Assembly (NCBI GenBank): GCA_051313645.2
Contig: JBNRSN020000005.1
Span: 320,850,001-320,914,000 of the forward strand
Direction of reading: 5' to 3'
Source of the DNA: Centroscyllium fabricii
Taxonomy: Eukaryota
DNA length: 64,000 nucleotides
The notes beneath the pieces were generated by a model, which worked only from the letters and a program-made list of their open reading frames with translations, searched no databases and was not told the DNA's origin. Every line of letters begins with the position of its first letter. The first letter of the stretch is position 1. Positions 52,801 through 62,151 of this stretch are shown here, one piece after another. A program made the position numbers and the translations under genes.

Positions 52801-55800
52801 CTGTGGGGAATGGAGCTGTGAGCTCTGTGGGGAATGGAGCTGTGAGCTCAGTGGGGAATGGAGCTGTGAGCTCTGTGGGGAATGGAGCTGTGAGCTCTGT
52901 GGGGAATGTAGCTGTGAACTCTGTGGGGAATGTAGCTGTGAGCTCTGTGGGGAATGTAGCTGTGAGCTCTGTGGGGAATGGAGCTGTGAGCTCTGTGGGG
53001 AATGGAGCTGTGAGCTCTGTGGGGAATGGAGCATGAGCTCTGTGGGGAATGGAGCTGGGAGCTCTGTGGGGAATGGAGCTGGGAGCTCTGTGGGGAATGG
53101 AGCTGTGAGCTCTGTGGGGAATGGAGCTGTGAGCTCTGTGGGGAATGGAGCTGTGAGCTCTGTGGGGAATGGAGCTCTGAGCTCTGTGGGGAATGTAGCT
53201 GTGAGTTCTGTGGGGAATGGAGCTGTGAGCTCTGTGGGGAATGGAGCTGTGAGCTCTGTGGGGAATGGAGCTGTGAGCTCTGTGGGGAATGGAGCTGTGA
53301 GCTCTGTGGGGAATGGAGCTGTGAGCTCTGTGGGGAATGGAGCTGTGAGCTCTGTGGGGAATGGAGCTGTGAGCTCTGTGGGGAATGGAGCTGTGAGCTC
53401 TGTGGGGAATGGAGCTGTGAGCTCTGTGGGCAATGGAGCTGTGAGCTCTGTGGGCAATGGAGCTGTGAGCGCTGTGGGCAATGAAGCTGTGAGCTCTGTG
53501 GGCAATGGAGCTGTGAGCTCTGTGGGCAATGGAGCTGTGAGCTCTGTGGGGAATGGAGCTGGGAGCTCTGTGGGGAATGGAGCTGTGAGCTCTGTGGGGA
53601 ATGGAGCTGTGAGCTCTGTGGGCAATGGAGCTGTGAGCTCTGTGGGGAATGGAGCTGTGAGCTCTGTGGGGAATGGAGCTGTGAGCTCTGAGGGGAATGG
53701 AGCTGTGAGCTCTGTGGGCAATGGAGCTGGGAGCTCTGTGGGGAATGGAGCTGTGAGCTCTGTGGGGAATGGAGCTGTGAGCTCTGTGGGGAATGGAGCT
53801 GTGAGCTCTGTGGGGAATGGAGCTGTGAGCTCTGTGGGGAATGGAGCTGTGAGCTCTGTGGGGAATGGAGCTGTGAGCTCTGTGGGGAATGTAGCTGTGA
53901 GTTCTGTGGGGAATGGAGCTGTGAGCTCTGTGGGGAATGGAGCTGTGAGCTCTGTGGGGAATGGAGCTGTGAGCTCTGTGGGGAATGGAGCTGTGAGCTC
54001 TGTGGGGAATGGAGCTGTGAGCTCTGTGGGGAATGGAGCTGTGAGCTCTGTGGGCAATGGAGCTGTGAGCTCTGTGGGCAATGGAGCTGTGAGCGCTGTG
54101 GGCAATGAAGCTGTGAGCTCTGTGGGCAATGGAGCTGTGAGCTCTGTGGGCAATGGAGCTGTGAGCTCTGTGGGGAATGGAGCTGGGAGCTCTGTGGGGA
54201 ATGGAGCTGTGAGCTCTGTGGGGAATGGAGCTGTGAGCTCTGTGGGCAATGGAGCTGTGAGCTCTGTGGGGAATGGAGCTGTGAGCTCTGTGAGGAATGG
54301 AGCTGTGAGCTCTGAGGGGAATGGAGCTGTGAGCTCTGTGGGCAATGGAGCTGTGAGCTCTGTGGGGAATGGAGCTGTGAACTCTGTGGGGAATGGAGCT
54401 GTGAACTCTGTGGGGAATGGAGCTGTGAGCTCTGTGGGGAATGGAGCTGTGAGCTCTGTGGGGAATGGAGCTGTGAGCTCTGTGGGGAACGGAGCTGTGA
54501 GCTCTGTGGGCAACGGAGCTGTGAGCTCTGTGGGCAATGGAGCTGTGAGCTCTGTGGGGAATGGAGCTGTGAGCTCTGTGTGTAATGGAGCTGTGAGCTC
54601 TGTGGGGAATGGAGCTGTGAGCTCTGTGGGGAATGGAGCTGTGAGCTCTGTGGGGAATGGTGCTGTGAGCTCTGTGGGGAATGGAGCTGTGAGCTCTGTG
54701 GGGAACGGAGCTGTGAACTCTGTGGGGAATGGAGTTATGAGCTCTGTGGGGAATGGAGCTGTGAGCTCTGTGGGGAATGGAGCTGTGAGCTCTGTGGGGA
54801 ATGAAGCTGTGAACTCTGTGGGGAATGGAGCTGTGAGCTCTGTGGGGAATGGAGCTGTGAGCTCTGTGGGCAATGGAGCTGTGAGCTCTGTGGGGAATGG
54901 AGCTGTGAGCTCTGTGGGGAAGGGAGCTATGCGCTCTGTGGGGAATGGAGCTGTGAGCTCTGTGGGGAAGGGAGCTGTGAGCTCTGTGGGGAATGGAGCT
55001 GTGAGCTCTGTGGGGAATGGAGCTGTGAGCTCTGTGGGGAATGGAGCTGTGAGCTCTGTGGGGAATGTAGCTGTGAACTCTGTGGGGAATGTAGCTGTGA
55101 GCTCTGTGGGGAATGTAGCTGTGAGCTCTGTGGGGAATGGAGCTGTGAGCTCTGTGGGGAATGTAGCTGTGAGCTCTGTGGGGAATGGAGCTGTGAGCTC
55201 TGTGGGGAATGGAGCTGGGAGCTCTGTGGGGAATGGAGCTGGGAGCTCTGTGTGGAATTGAGCTGGGAGCTCTGTGGGGAATGGAGCTGTGAGCTCTGTG
55301 GGGAATGGAGCTGTGAGCTCTGTGGGGAATGGAGCTGTGAGCTCTGTGGGGAATGGAGCTGTGAGCTCTGTGGTGAATGGAGTTGTGAGCTCTGTGGGGA
55401 ATGGAGCTGTGAGCTCTGTGGGGAATGGAGCTGTGAGCTCTGTGGGGAATGGAGCTGTGAGCTCTGTGGGGAATGGAGCTGTGAGCTCTGTGGGGAATGG
55501 AGCTGTGAGCTCTGTGGGGAATGGAGCTGTGAGCTCTCTGGGGAACGGAGCTGTGAGCTCTGTGGGGAACGGAGCTGTGAGCTCTGTGGGGAACGGAGCT
55601 GGGAGCTCTGTGGGGAACGGAGCTGGGAGCTCTGTGGGGAACGGAGCTGGGAGCTCTGTGGGGAATGGAGCTGTGAGCTCTCTGGGGAATGGAGCTGTGA
55701 GCTCTCTGGGGAATGGAGCTGTGAGCTCTCTGGGGAATGGAGCTGGGAGCTCTGTGGTGAATGGAGTTGTGAGCTCTGTGGGGAATGGAGCTGTGAGCTC

Positions 55801-58239
55801 TGTGGGGAATGGAGCTGTGAGCTCTGTGGGCAATGGAGCTGTGAGCTCTGTGGGGAATGGAGCTGTGAGCTCTGTGGGGAATGGAGCTGTGAGCTCTGTG
55901 GGGAATGGAGCTGTGAGCTCTGTGGGGAATGGAGCTGTGAGCTCTGTGGGGAATGGAGCTGTGAGCTCTGTGGGTAATGGAGCTGTGAACTCTGTGGGGA
56001 ATGGAGCTGTGAACTCTGTGGGGAATGGAGCTGTGAGCTCTGTGGGGAATGGAGCTGTGAGCTCTGTGGGGAATGGAGCTGTGAACTCTGTGGGGAATGG
56101 AGCTGTGAGCTCTGTGGGGAATGGAGCTGTGAGCTCTGTGGGCAATGGAGCTGTGAGCTCTGTGGGGAATGGAGCTGTGAGCTCTGTGGGGAATGGAGCT
56201 GTGAGCTCTGTGGGGAAGGGAGCTGTGAGCTCTGTGGGCAACGGAGCTGTGAGCTCTGTGGGGAACGGAGCTGTGAGCTCTGTGGGGAATGGAGCTGTGA
56301 GCTCTGTGGGGAATGGAGCTGTGAGCTCTGTGTGTAATGGAGCTGTGAGCTCTGTGGGGAATGGAGCTGTGAGCTCTGTGGGGAATGGAGCTGTGAGCTC
56401 TGTGGGGAATGGAGCTGTGAGCTCTGTGGGGAATGGAGCTGTGAGCTCTGTGGGGAACGGAGCTGTGAACTCTGTGGGGAATGGAGCTGTGAGCTCTGTG
56501 GGGAATGGAGCTGTGAGCTCTGTGGGGAATGGAGCTGTGAGCTCTGTGGGGAATGAAGCTGTGAACTCTGTGGGGAATGGAGCTGTGAGCTCTGTGGGGA
56601 ATGGAGCTGTGAGCTCTGTGGGCAATGGAGCTGTGAGCTCTGTGGGGAATGGAGCTGTGAGCTCTGTGGGGAAGGGAGCTATGCGCTCTGTGGGGAATGG
56701 AGCTGTGAGCTCTGTGGGGAAGGGAGCTGTGAGCTCTGTGGGGAATGGAGCTGTGAGCTCTGTGGGGAATGGAGCTGTGAGCTCTGTGGGGAATGGAGCT
56801 GTGAGCTCTGTGGGGAATGGAGCTGTGAGCTCTGTGGGGAATGTAGCTGTGAACTCTGTGGGGAATGTAGCTGTGAGCTCTGTGGGGAATGTAGCTGTGA
56901 GCTCTGTGGGGAATGGAGCTGTGAGCTCTGTGGGGAATGTAGCTGTGAGCTCTGTGGGGAATGGAGCTGTGAGCTCTGTGGGGAATGGAGCTGGGAGCTC
57001 TGTGGGGAATGGAGCTGGGAGCTCTGTGTGGAATTGAGCTGGGAGCTCTGTGGGGAATGGAGCTGTGAGCTCTGTGGGGAATGGAGCTGTGAGCTCTGTG
57101 GGGAATGGAGCTGTGAGCTCTGTGGGGAATGGAGCTGTGAGCTCTGTGGTGAATGGAGTTGTGAGCTCTGTGGGGAATGGAGCTGTGAGCTCTGTGGGGA
57201 ATGGAGCTGTGAGCTCTGTGGGGAATGGTGCTGTGAGCTCTGTGGGGAATGGAGCTGTGAGCTCTGTGGGGAATGGAGCTGTGAGCTCTGTGGGGAATGG
57301 AGCTGTGAGCTCTGTGGGGAATGGAGCTGTGAGCTCTGTGGGGAATGGAGCTGTGAGCTCTGTGGGGAATGGAGCTGGGAGCTCTGTGGGCAATGGAGCT
57401 GTGAGCTCTGTGGGCAATGGAGCTGTGAGCTCTGTGGGGAATGGAGCTGTGAGCTCTGTGGGGAATGGAGCTGTGAGCTCTGTGGGGAATGGAGCTGTGA
57501 GCTCTGTGGGGAATGGAGCTGTGAGCTCTGTGGGCAATGGAGCTGTGAGCTCTGTGGGGAATGGAGCTGTGAGCTCTGTGGGGAATGGAGCTGTGAACTC
57601 TGTGGGGAATGGAGCTGTGAGCTCTGGGGAATGGAGCTGTGAGCTCTGTGGGGAATGCAGCTGTGAACTCTGTGGGGAATGTAGCTGTGAGCTCTGTGGG
57701 GAATGGAGCTGTGAACTCTGTGGGGAATGGAGCTGTGAGCTCTGTGGGGAGTGGAGCTGTGAGCTCGGTGGGGAATGGAGCTGTGAGCTCTGTGGGTAAT
57801 GGAGCTGTGAGCTCTGTGGGGAATGTAGCTGTGAGCCCTGTGGGGAATGGAGCTGCTGTGGAACACATCATACATTTCTGCCACATTTTTATTCCTAGCT
57901 CCATCAACAGTTGAAACAAAAATATCTAGCAAATAATTCAACAGCTTTTGCACCAAATCGCCCACATTTCGCTGGAAAAAGATATGTTAAGATGAGACGG
58001 TAAGAAATTATTTATTTTGTTGGAATAGAATAGGCAAAGGGGAATTAACCAGAGGCACAAATTGCAGCGTATATATTGTAGAAGATGATGGTGGTAGTGA
58101 TGTTATTTATTTGTACATCTGTTAGCTGGGCCATTTCCATTGTCTGTTTCTCGCTATATATTATTACAAAACAATGCCAAGTCCATATTATTGTCATCTG
58201 TATACAAAAGGTTGGCAAGAATACATTTCCGAATACGGC

Positions 58240-58365
58240 TCTGGGCGTGTCGGGCAGCTTAGTGGTCTTTGTTGCGCGGTGCGTTCGAGCCGTGAGAAAA
58301 GCATTTCACCGTCTAGATTACACTTGTTGTATTTAGTACACGTGACAAATAGAATTGAATTGAAC
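58240..58365 (+). mobile_element. Short retroposon 3' fragment with Rex1-like TGACAAATA-(GAATT)n tail
   Basis: Ends GTACACGTGACAAATAGAATTGAATTGAAC, similar to the tails at 59341, 61600 and 63042. The 5' limit is uncertain. Confidence 0.45.
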
Positions 58366-58613
58366 TTGGGAATGAGGCTTGGGATACAGACTCTGAATGC
58401 ACATCTCCAAATAAGGGCATTTGATGTATGATTAGAATTCCTTGTCTATAAACACTCTTAGCCTCGCCATCCTTTAGGACTTTGAGCAATACTTTTACAT
58501 CTCCTCTATTGTTAAAGCTGTCTCCAAAAGCCCGGTTTCCTCTTTCCTGTCAAACTACTTACTTTGTTTCCTCTCAATAGTTCTCAGCTCTTTGTAAAGC
58601 CCAAGTCTATCCA

Positions 58614-58771
58614 TGATGTGGAGATGCCGATGTTGGACTGGGGTGGACAATTGCAAGAAGTCACACAACACCAGATTATAGTCCAACAGTTTTATTTTAA
58701 ATCACAAGCTTTCAAGCTTGTGATTTAAAATAAAACTGTTGGACTATAATCTGGTGTTGTGTGACTTCTTG
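58614..58771. mobile_element. Penelope-like element-derived insertion forming a perfect hairpin (61-bp arms), flanked by a 12-bp target-site duplication
   Basis: 58651-58711 is the exact reverse complement of 58714-58774 (spacer TC). Direct repeat CAAGTCTATCCA at 58602-58613 and 58772-58783. The arm is homologous to 63640-63696, which abuts a hammerhead motif. Confidence 0.8.
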
Positions 58772-58894
58772 CAAGTCTATCCAAGATTTGAATACAGCTT
58801 CCTGTATAGGATGCAAGAAAAAATTGATCTTGGTGGGTGATCCCCCTCTCACCTCTAGCCTCCAACCTCTCTGCATTCCAGATCATAACATCCG

Positions 58895-59379
58895 GAGGCA
58901 AGATGGCGGCGCGTGTACACGCAGCGGCTTTGCATCTCCCGGGGATGCTGTCCGCTGGTAGTCCTGAGGCTGTTCGCTCGGCGGGGATGTCGGGTTCGGC
59001 GTGGTGGTGCACTGAGGTCGGACTTGTTGGAGCACTGGGGAGCCTGCGTGGTCACCGAGGTCGGAGCGCCGGAGGTCGGCAAGTACGGAGCACTGGGGCC
59101 TGCAGAGACAGAGTGCCGGTGCCTGTGTGGTCACCGAGTTCGGAGCGCTGGAGGTCGGCGGGTTCGGGGCGCTGGGGCCTGCAGAGTCGGAGTGCCGGTG
59201 CCTGCGTGGTCGGAGCACCATAGAGGGCCAACATAGAGTTGAACAGTCTGGGACTTAAAAGCAATGGACATTTTAAACAACTGCATCGTTCTTGGGAAGT
59301 TTGCAAGAAGGCATTTCGTTGTACTGTGTTTCACTGTGCAATGACAATAAATTGAATCAAATCAAATCAAAATCAAATC
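58895..59379 (+). mobile_element. Candidate non-autonomous retroposon: YY1-type 5' end, GC/CpG-rich body, Rex1-type 3' tail
   Basis: CAAGATGGCGGC at 58899-58910; CpG-rich body in AT-rich surroundings; ends GCAATGACAATAAATTGAATCAAATCAAATC, like the Rex1 copies nearby; no recognisable RT coding sequence. Confidence 0.65.
59042..59210. repeat. 79-bp tandem repeat (two copies plus a partial) inside the CpG-rich element
   Basis: GCCTGYGTGGT starts at 59042, 59121 and 59200. Confidence 0.9.
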
Positions 59380-59438
59380 TATCTGTTGCAGCATTCCCTT
59401 CACTATTTGAAGTGATAGTGTTGTGGTCTTATGTATGC

Positions 59439-59837
59439 CAGCTTGGCTGAGTTGATACCACGCTCCTAATTCAGAGAATTGTGGGTTTAAGACCAGCGCC
59501 CAGACTTCAGCATAGGATCCAGGTTGACATTCCAGTGCAGTACTGAAGGAGAGCTGCATTCATGGTGCTATCCTTCCGATAAGATATTAAACCTCGGGCA
59601 TCATCTGCCGGTTGAGATAGACGTTACCGGTGGCCCCATTTGAGGGGACAGCAGAAAGTTCGTCTCATGTCCTCTTTCATTCACCACCACCCAAAATAAA
59701 TAAAATAGTCATTCACCTTACTGTAAATTATCGAATCTTGCTGTGCACAAATGTTTGACTATAGTATAGTTAATTTTATGTGAAGTGCTTTGACATTTTA
59801 CTGAGAAACATGATATATTGCTTTATAAATAGAGGTC
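59439..59837 (+). mobile_element. Old, degenerate Deu-domain SINE (SacSINE1/AmnSINE1-like)
   Basis: tRNA-like head with A-box-like TGGCTGAGTTG, followed by CCAGTGCAGTACTGAAGGAGAGCTGCA, GATAAGATATTAAACC, ATCTTGCTGTGCACAAAT and an L2-type tail GTGAAGTGCTTTG...TATAAAT. Matches my recollection of the family consensus. Confidence 0.75.
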
Positions 59838-60107
59838 AATGGTCAGGGCTTTTCTAACCTCCCCTTGCAAATTCATTCTAAGCTCCACCGAAATGGCCCT
59901 ACACCCCATTGTGTCAAAATCAAGACCTAAAAACTATGAAACTCCTTCTCCTTTCAATTCTCACATATTCTTTAAATCCAAGTTTGGCCTTAGCTAATCA
60001 ATACTTTAGAATTTATTAGCTCCTTTACTGTTTTCAATTGTAATGGTGTTTTGCACTGTGCTACTTGGCATCTCGCTTTGGTCTGTCAATTAAAAAAATA
60101 TATTAGG

Positions 60108-60396
60108 TGATGCACGATCAATTATACTCAAGCCGAAGTTAAGAATACAACTGAGGCTTGTATTAACTAAGAACTGGAGTACCGGTCTTGTCTTGTTACC
60201 AACCGGTCCTGGAATGCCACGAGGTCAGCAGGGCTGTGACCTTTATACGGCAGCCTGTGGGTGGAGCCCGGAGGCAGAGCCGGCTGAGTCATCCCAGGTA
60301 GGTCTCAGGTGGACAAGAGGTAACCATGTATAATACAGTGTTAGTGTCCAGATAACTATATACAGTACAGCATTAGTGGTAAACCGTATCACCACA
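60108..60396 (-). mobile_element. Solo LTR (289 bp), probably Gypsy-type
   Basis: TG...CA termini; imperfect 5-bp TSD TTAGG (60103-60107) / TTCGG (60397-60401); minus-strand TATAAAG near 60241-60247 upstream of a degenerate poly(A)-like signal near 60160; AP-1 site TGAGTCA at 60285-60291. Confidence 0.65.
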
Positions 60397-60446
60397 TTCG
60401 GTTTGTGCTAGCACTCCGTGAGTAAAACTAAAGAACTGTCAATTAT

Positions 60447-60530
60447 CAATTTGATTTTAAGATCCTCATTCTCACCTTTAAATCCCTCCATGGCCTCTCC
60501 TCGCCCTACCTGAATGATATCTTCCAGCCA
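60447..60530 (+). mobile_element. L2-clade LINE fragment, 5' piece
   Basis: Translates QFDFKILILTFKSLHGLSSPYLNDIFQP, a typical L2 ORF2 C-terminal motif. Confidence 0.75.
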
Positions 60531-60534
60531 ATGG

Positions 60535-60872
60535 CTCTGCAGGCAAACTATTTCCTCTGATGGGTGATTCAAGAACAATGGGACATAATCTTAAAATTAG
60601 AGCTAGGCCGATCAGAAGCAAAATCAGGAAACACTTTTTCACACAAAGGGTAGCAGAAACCTGGAACTCTCTCCCCCCCCAAAGGCTGTGGATGCTGAGG
60701 AACAATTGGAGCTTTCAAGCCTGAGATCGATAGATGTTTGTTAGGTCCGGGTGTCAAAGCATAGGGAGCAAAGGCCAGTGAATGGAGTTGATGTGCAGAT
60801 CAGACATGATCTAATGGAATGACATAGGCTTGAGGGGATGAATGGTCCTCGCTTGTTCCTAATGTTCCTATG
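60535..60872 (+). mobile_element. 5'-truncated CR1-clade (HER1-like) LINE 3' end
   Basis: Translates KLFPLMGDSRTMGHNLKIRARPIRSKIRKHFFTQRVAETWNSLP, then a frameshift. The 3' UTR GATCAGACATGATC...ATGTTCCTATGT is homologous to the minus-strand copy at 63816-63900. Confidence 0.88.
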
Positions 60873-61159
60873 TCCCTGCATGGGACTCTACTCCCCTCTG
60901 GTGCCAACTTAGTTCTTGTTCCCCACACTCGTCAGCTTCACTATTGGCAACTGGCCGTTCAATCACTATCCCCATGTCCTTTGGAACTCCCATCCCTCAG
61001 CATCTCCTCTTTGGTCACCTATCTCCCTGCCCTGAAAATCCTCCTGAAGACCCTTCTCTTCAATTGTACTGTTACCCCAACTTCTCTGCTTGTTGTTCAC
61101 TCTGTATCAACTGCCCTGTAACGTGTTCGGAGATATCTCTCTGTATGTGAGAGGCACCA
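60873..61159 (+). mobile_element. L2-clade LINE fragment, continuation and 3' tail
   Basis: Degenerate TIGNWPFNH..LWNS..LKILLKTLLF (L2 GxRAFS..LWNSLP..FKxxLKTxLF motif), followed by a tail resembling the one at 62084-62151. Confidence 0.65.
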
Positions 61160-61178
61160 TCTGTATGTGAGAGGCAGG

Positions 61179-61627
61179 GACAAGCTGCATCACAGTCTGG
61201 TATGGAAATTGCACCATCTCGGACCGGAAGACCCTGCAGCGGGTAGTCAAAAACTGCCCAACGAATCACCGGCACCCAGCTACCGTCAATTGAAAGCATC
61301 TACCTCAAACGCTGCCTACTGAGGTCTCTGAACATTATTAAAGACCCCACAGACCCCAGCCACAGTCTGTTCGCCCCCCTGCCCTCCGGGAGACGCTACA
61401 GATCAATTTGCACCCGCACGACTAGATTTAAGAACAGCTTCTTCCCCGGGGCTGTCAGCCTCCTGAACTCTAAAAAATAAACTCCGGTACCTGCACACCT
61501 GAAAATGTACTTTACTGTATGCAATTTGCATGTAATTTATTTGCACTACTCTCGGGAGCATCGAGTCTTCGTCTCGTTGTATTGTACTAGTACTCTGCAA
61601 TGACAATAAAACTTGAATTGAATTGAC
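61179..61627 (+). mobile_element. 5'-truncated Rex1/Babar-clade LINE, copy 1
   Basis: Encodes CITVWYGNCTISDRKTLQRVVKTAQRITGTQLPSI...HPS-like...LPSGRRYRS...NSFFPGAVSLLNS; tail ATGACAATAAAACTTGAATTGAATTGA. Highly similar to 62636-63068. Confidence 0.9.
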
Positions 61628-62083
61628 CAGAGAAAATGTAAATTGCTTGTTCATTTCAAATGAAACGCAGGGTTGAATTTTGTTCTATCTAACTTGCTTG
61701 TCACAATCTAATTCTAGCATGGAAAAGGAGGAAGTAACGAAATGACTGGAATTAAATCTGCCATAATGCTCACTGAAAGCTTACGGGTTGATACCACAAT
61801 TGACAATTATAACAAAGTGCAGCAAAAATGTTGTTTAACAAGCACATTTTTGAGTGACAATGGCTGATCGCCGCTGTATCCAAAGCCCAAAAGATCAGGA
61901 TTGAGCCCACTGTCAACATTCAGATCAAGCTATTCTAGTTGACTCTGTGCTTCTTAGCCTTATCTAACACAATGGTATAAGCTTTAATTTTTGAAGGATA
62001 AAGGATTTTTTTAAATAGCTTTTTGTCTTGTGGGTGTTCAAAATGACATGCTGTTAAAGCGAGCAAGGCACGCAGCCCTCCAG

Positions 62084-62151
62084 ACAACAACAACAGCAAC
62101 TTCCATTTATATAGCGCCTTTAGCACAGTAAAACATCCCAAGGCGCTTCAC
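62084..62151 (-). mobile_element. L2-type LINE/SINE 3' tail with (TTG)n end
   Basis: Minus strand reads GTGAAGCGCCTTGGGATGTTTTACTGTGCTAAAGGCGCTATATAAATGGAAGTTGCTGTTGTTGTTGT. Confidence 0.75.

Larger units (their letters stand above)
1..57855. repeat. 24-bp tandem satellite array, consensus GTGGGGAATGGAGCTGTGAGCTCT, ~2,400 head-to-tail monomers
   Basis: Directly visible 24-bp period throughout, with one orientation on both sides of the gap. Recurrent single-base variants (GGGC, AACGG, GTAGC, GAACT, GCTGGGAG) and a recurrent 23-bp monomer (GGAGCATGAG). Ends at ...GGAATGGAGCTG|CTGTGGAACAC. Confidence 0.99.

Noticed and set aside
1-57855. CRISPR-like array
   Set aside because: No unique spacers, no cas genes, and a vertebrate repeat context.
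1-57855. Cryptic V(D)J RSS heptamers (CACAGAG, CACAGCT on the minus strand)
   Set aside because: No A-rich nonamer at 12- or 23-bp spacing.
1-57855. Canonical G-quadruplex, telomeric repeat, or TEAD/Ikaros-like GGGAATG site array
   Set aside because: G4 runs are 20 nt apart; no TTAGGG repeats; short motif matches in a satellite are not evidence of binding.
1-57914. Plus-strand (VGNGAVSS)n and Cys-rich (ELCGEWSC)n ORFs resembling adhesin or keratin-associated repeats
   Set aside because: Translation artefacts of the repeat; amplified variants introduce stops (AATTGA, AATGAAG, CTCTGA) and frameshifts.
478-57965. Giant minus-strand ORFs (up to 4,340 aa), including a mucin-like (PTELTAPF)n frame
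   Set aside because: All three minus frames of the monomer are stop-free by default. ORFs drift between frames at recurrent 23-bp monomers, most variants are non-synonymous, and no signal peptide or flanking mucin domain is visible.
58178-58230. Possible minus-strand ATGACAATAA retroposon tail
   Set aside because: Too short to support as a separate element.
58085-59559. Short ORFs of 65-128 aa in the flank
   Set aside because: They overlap GC-rich or repeat-derived sequence in several frames and show no recognisable domains.
60222-60242. AGGTCA-n9-TGACCT nuclear-receptor-like inverted repeat
   Set aside because: Non-canonical spacing, and it lies inside a putative LTR; likely chance.
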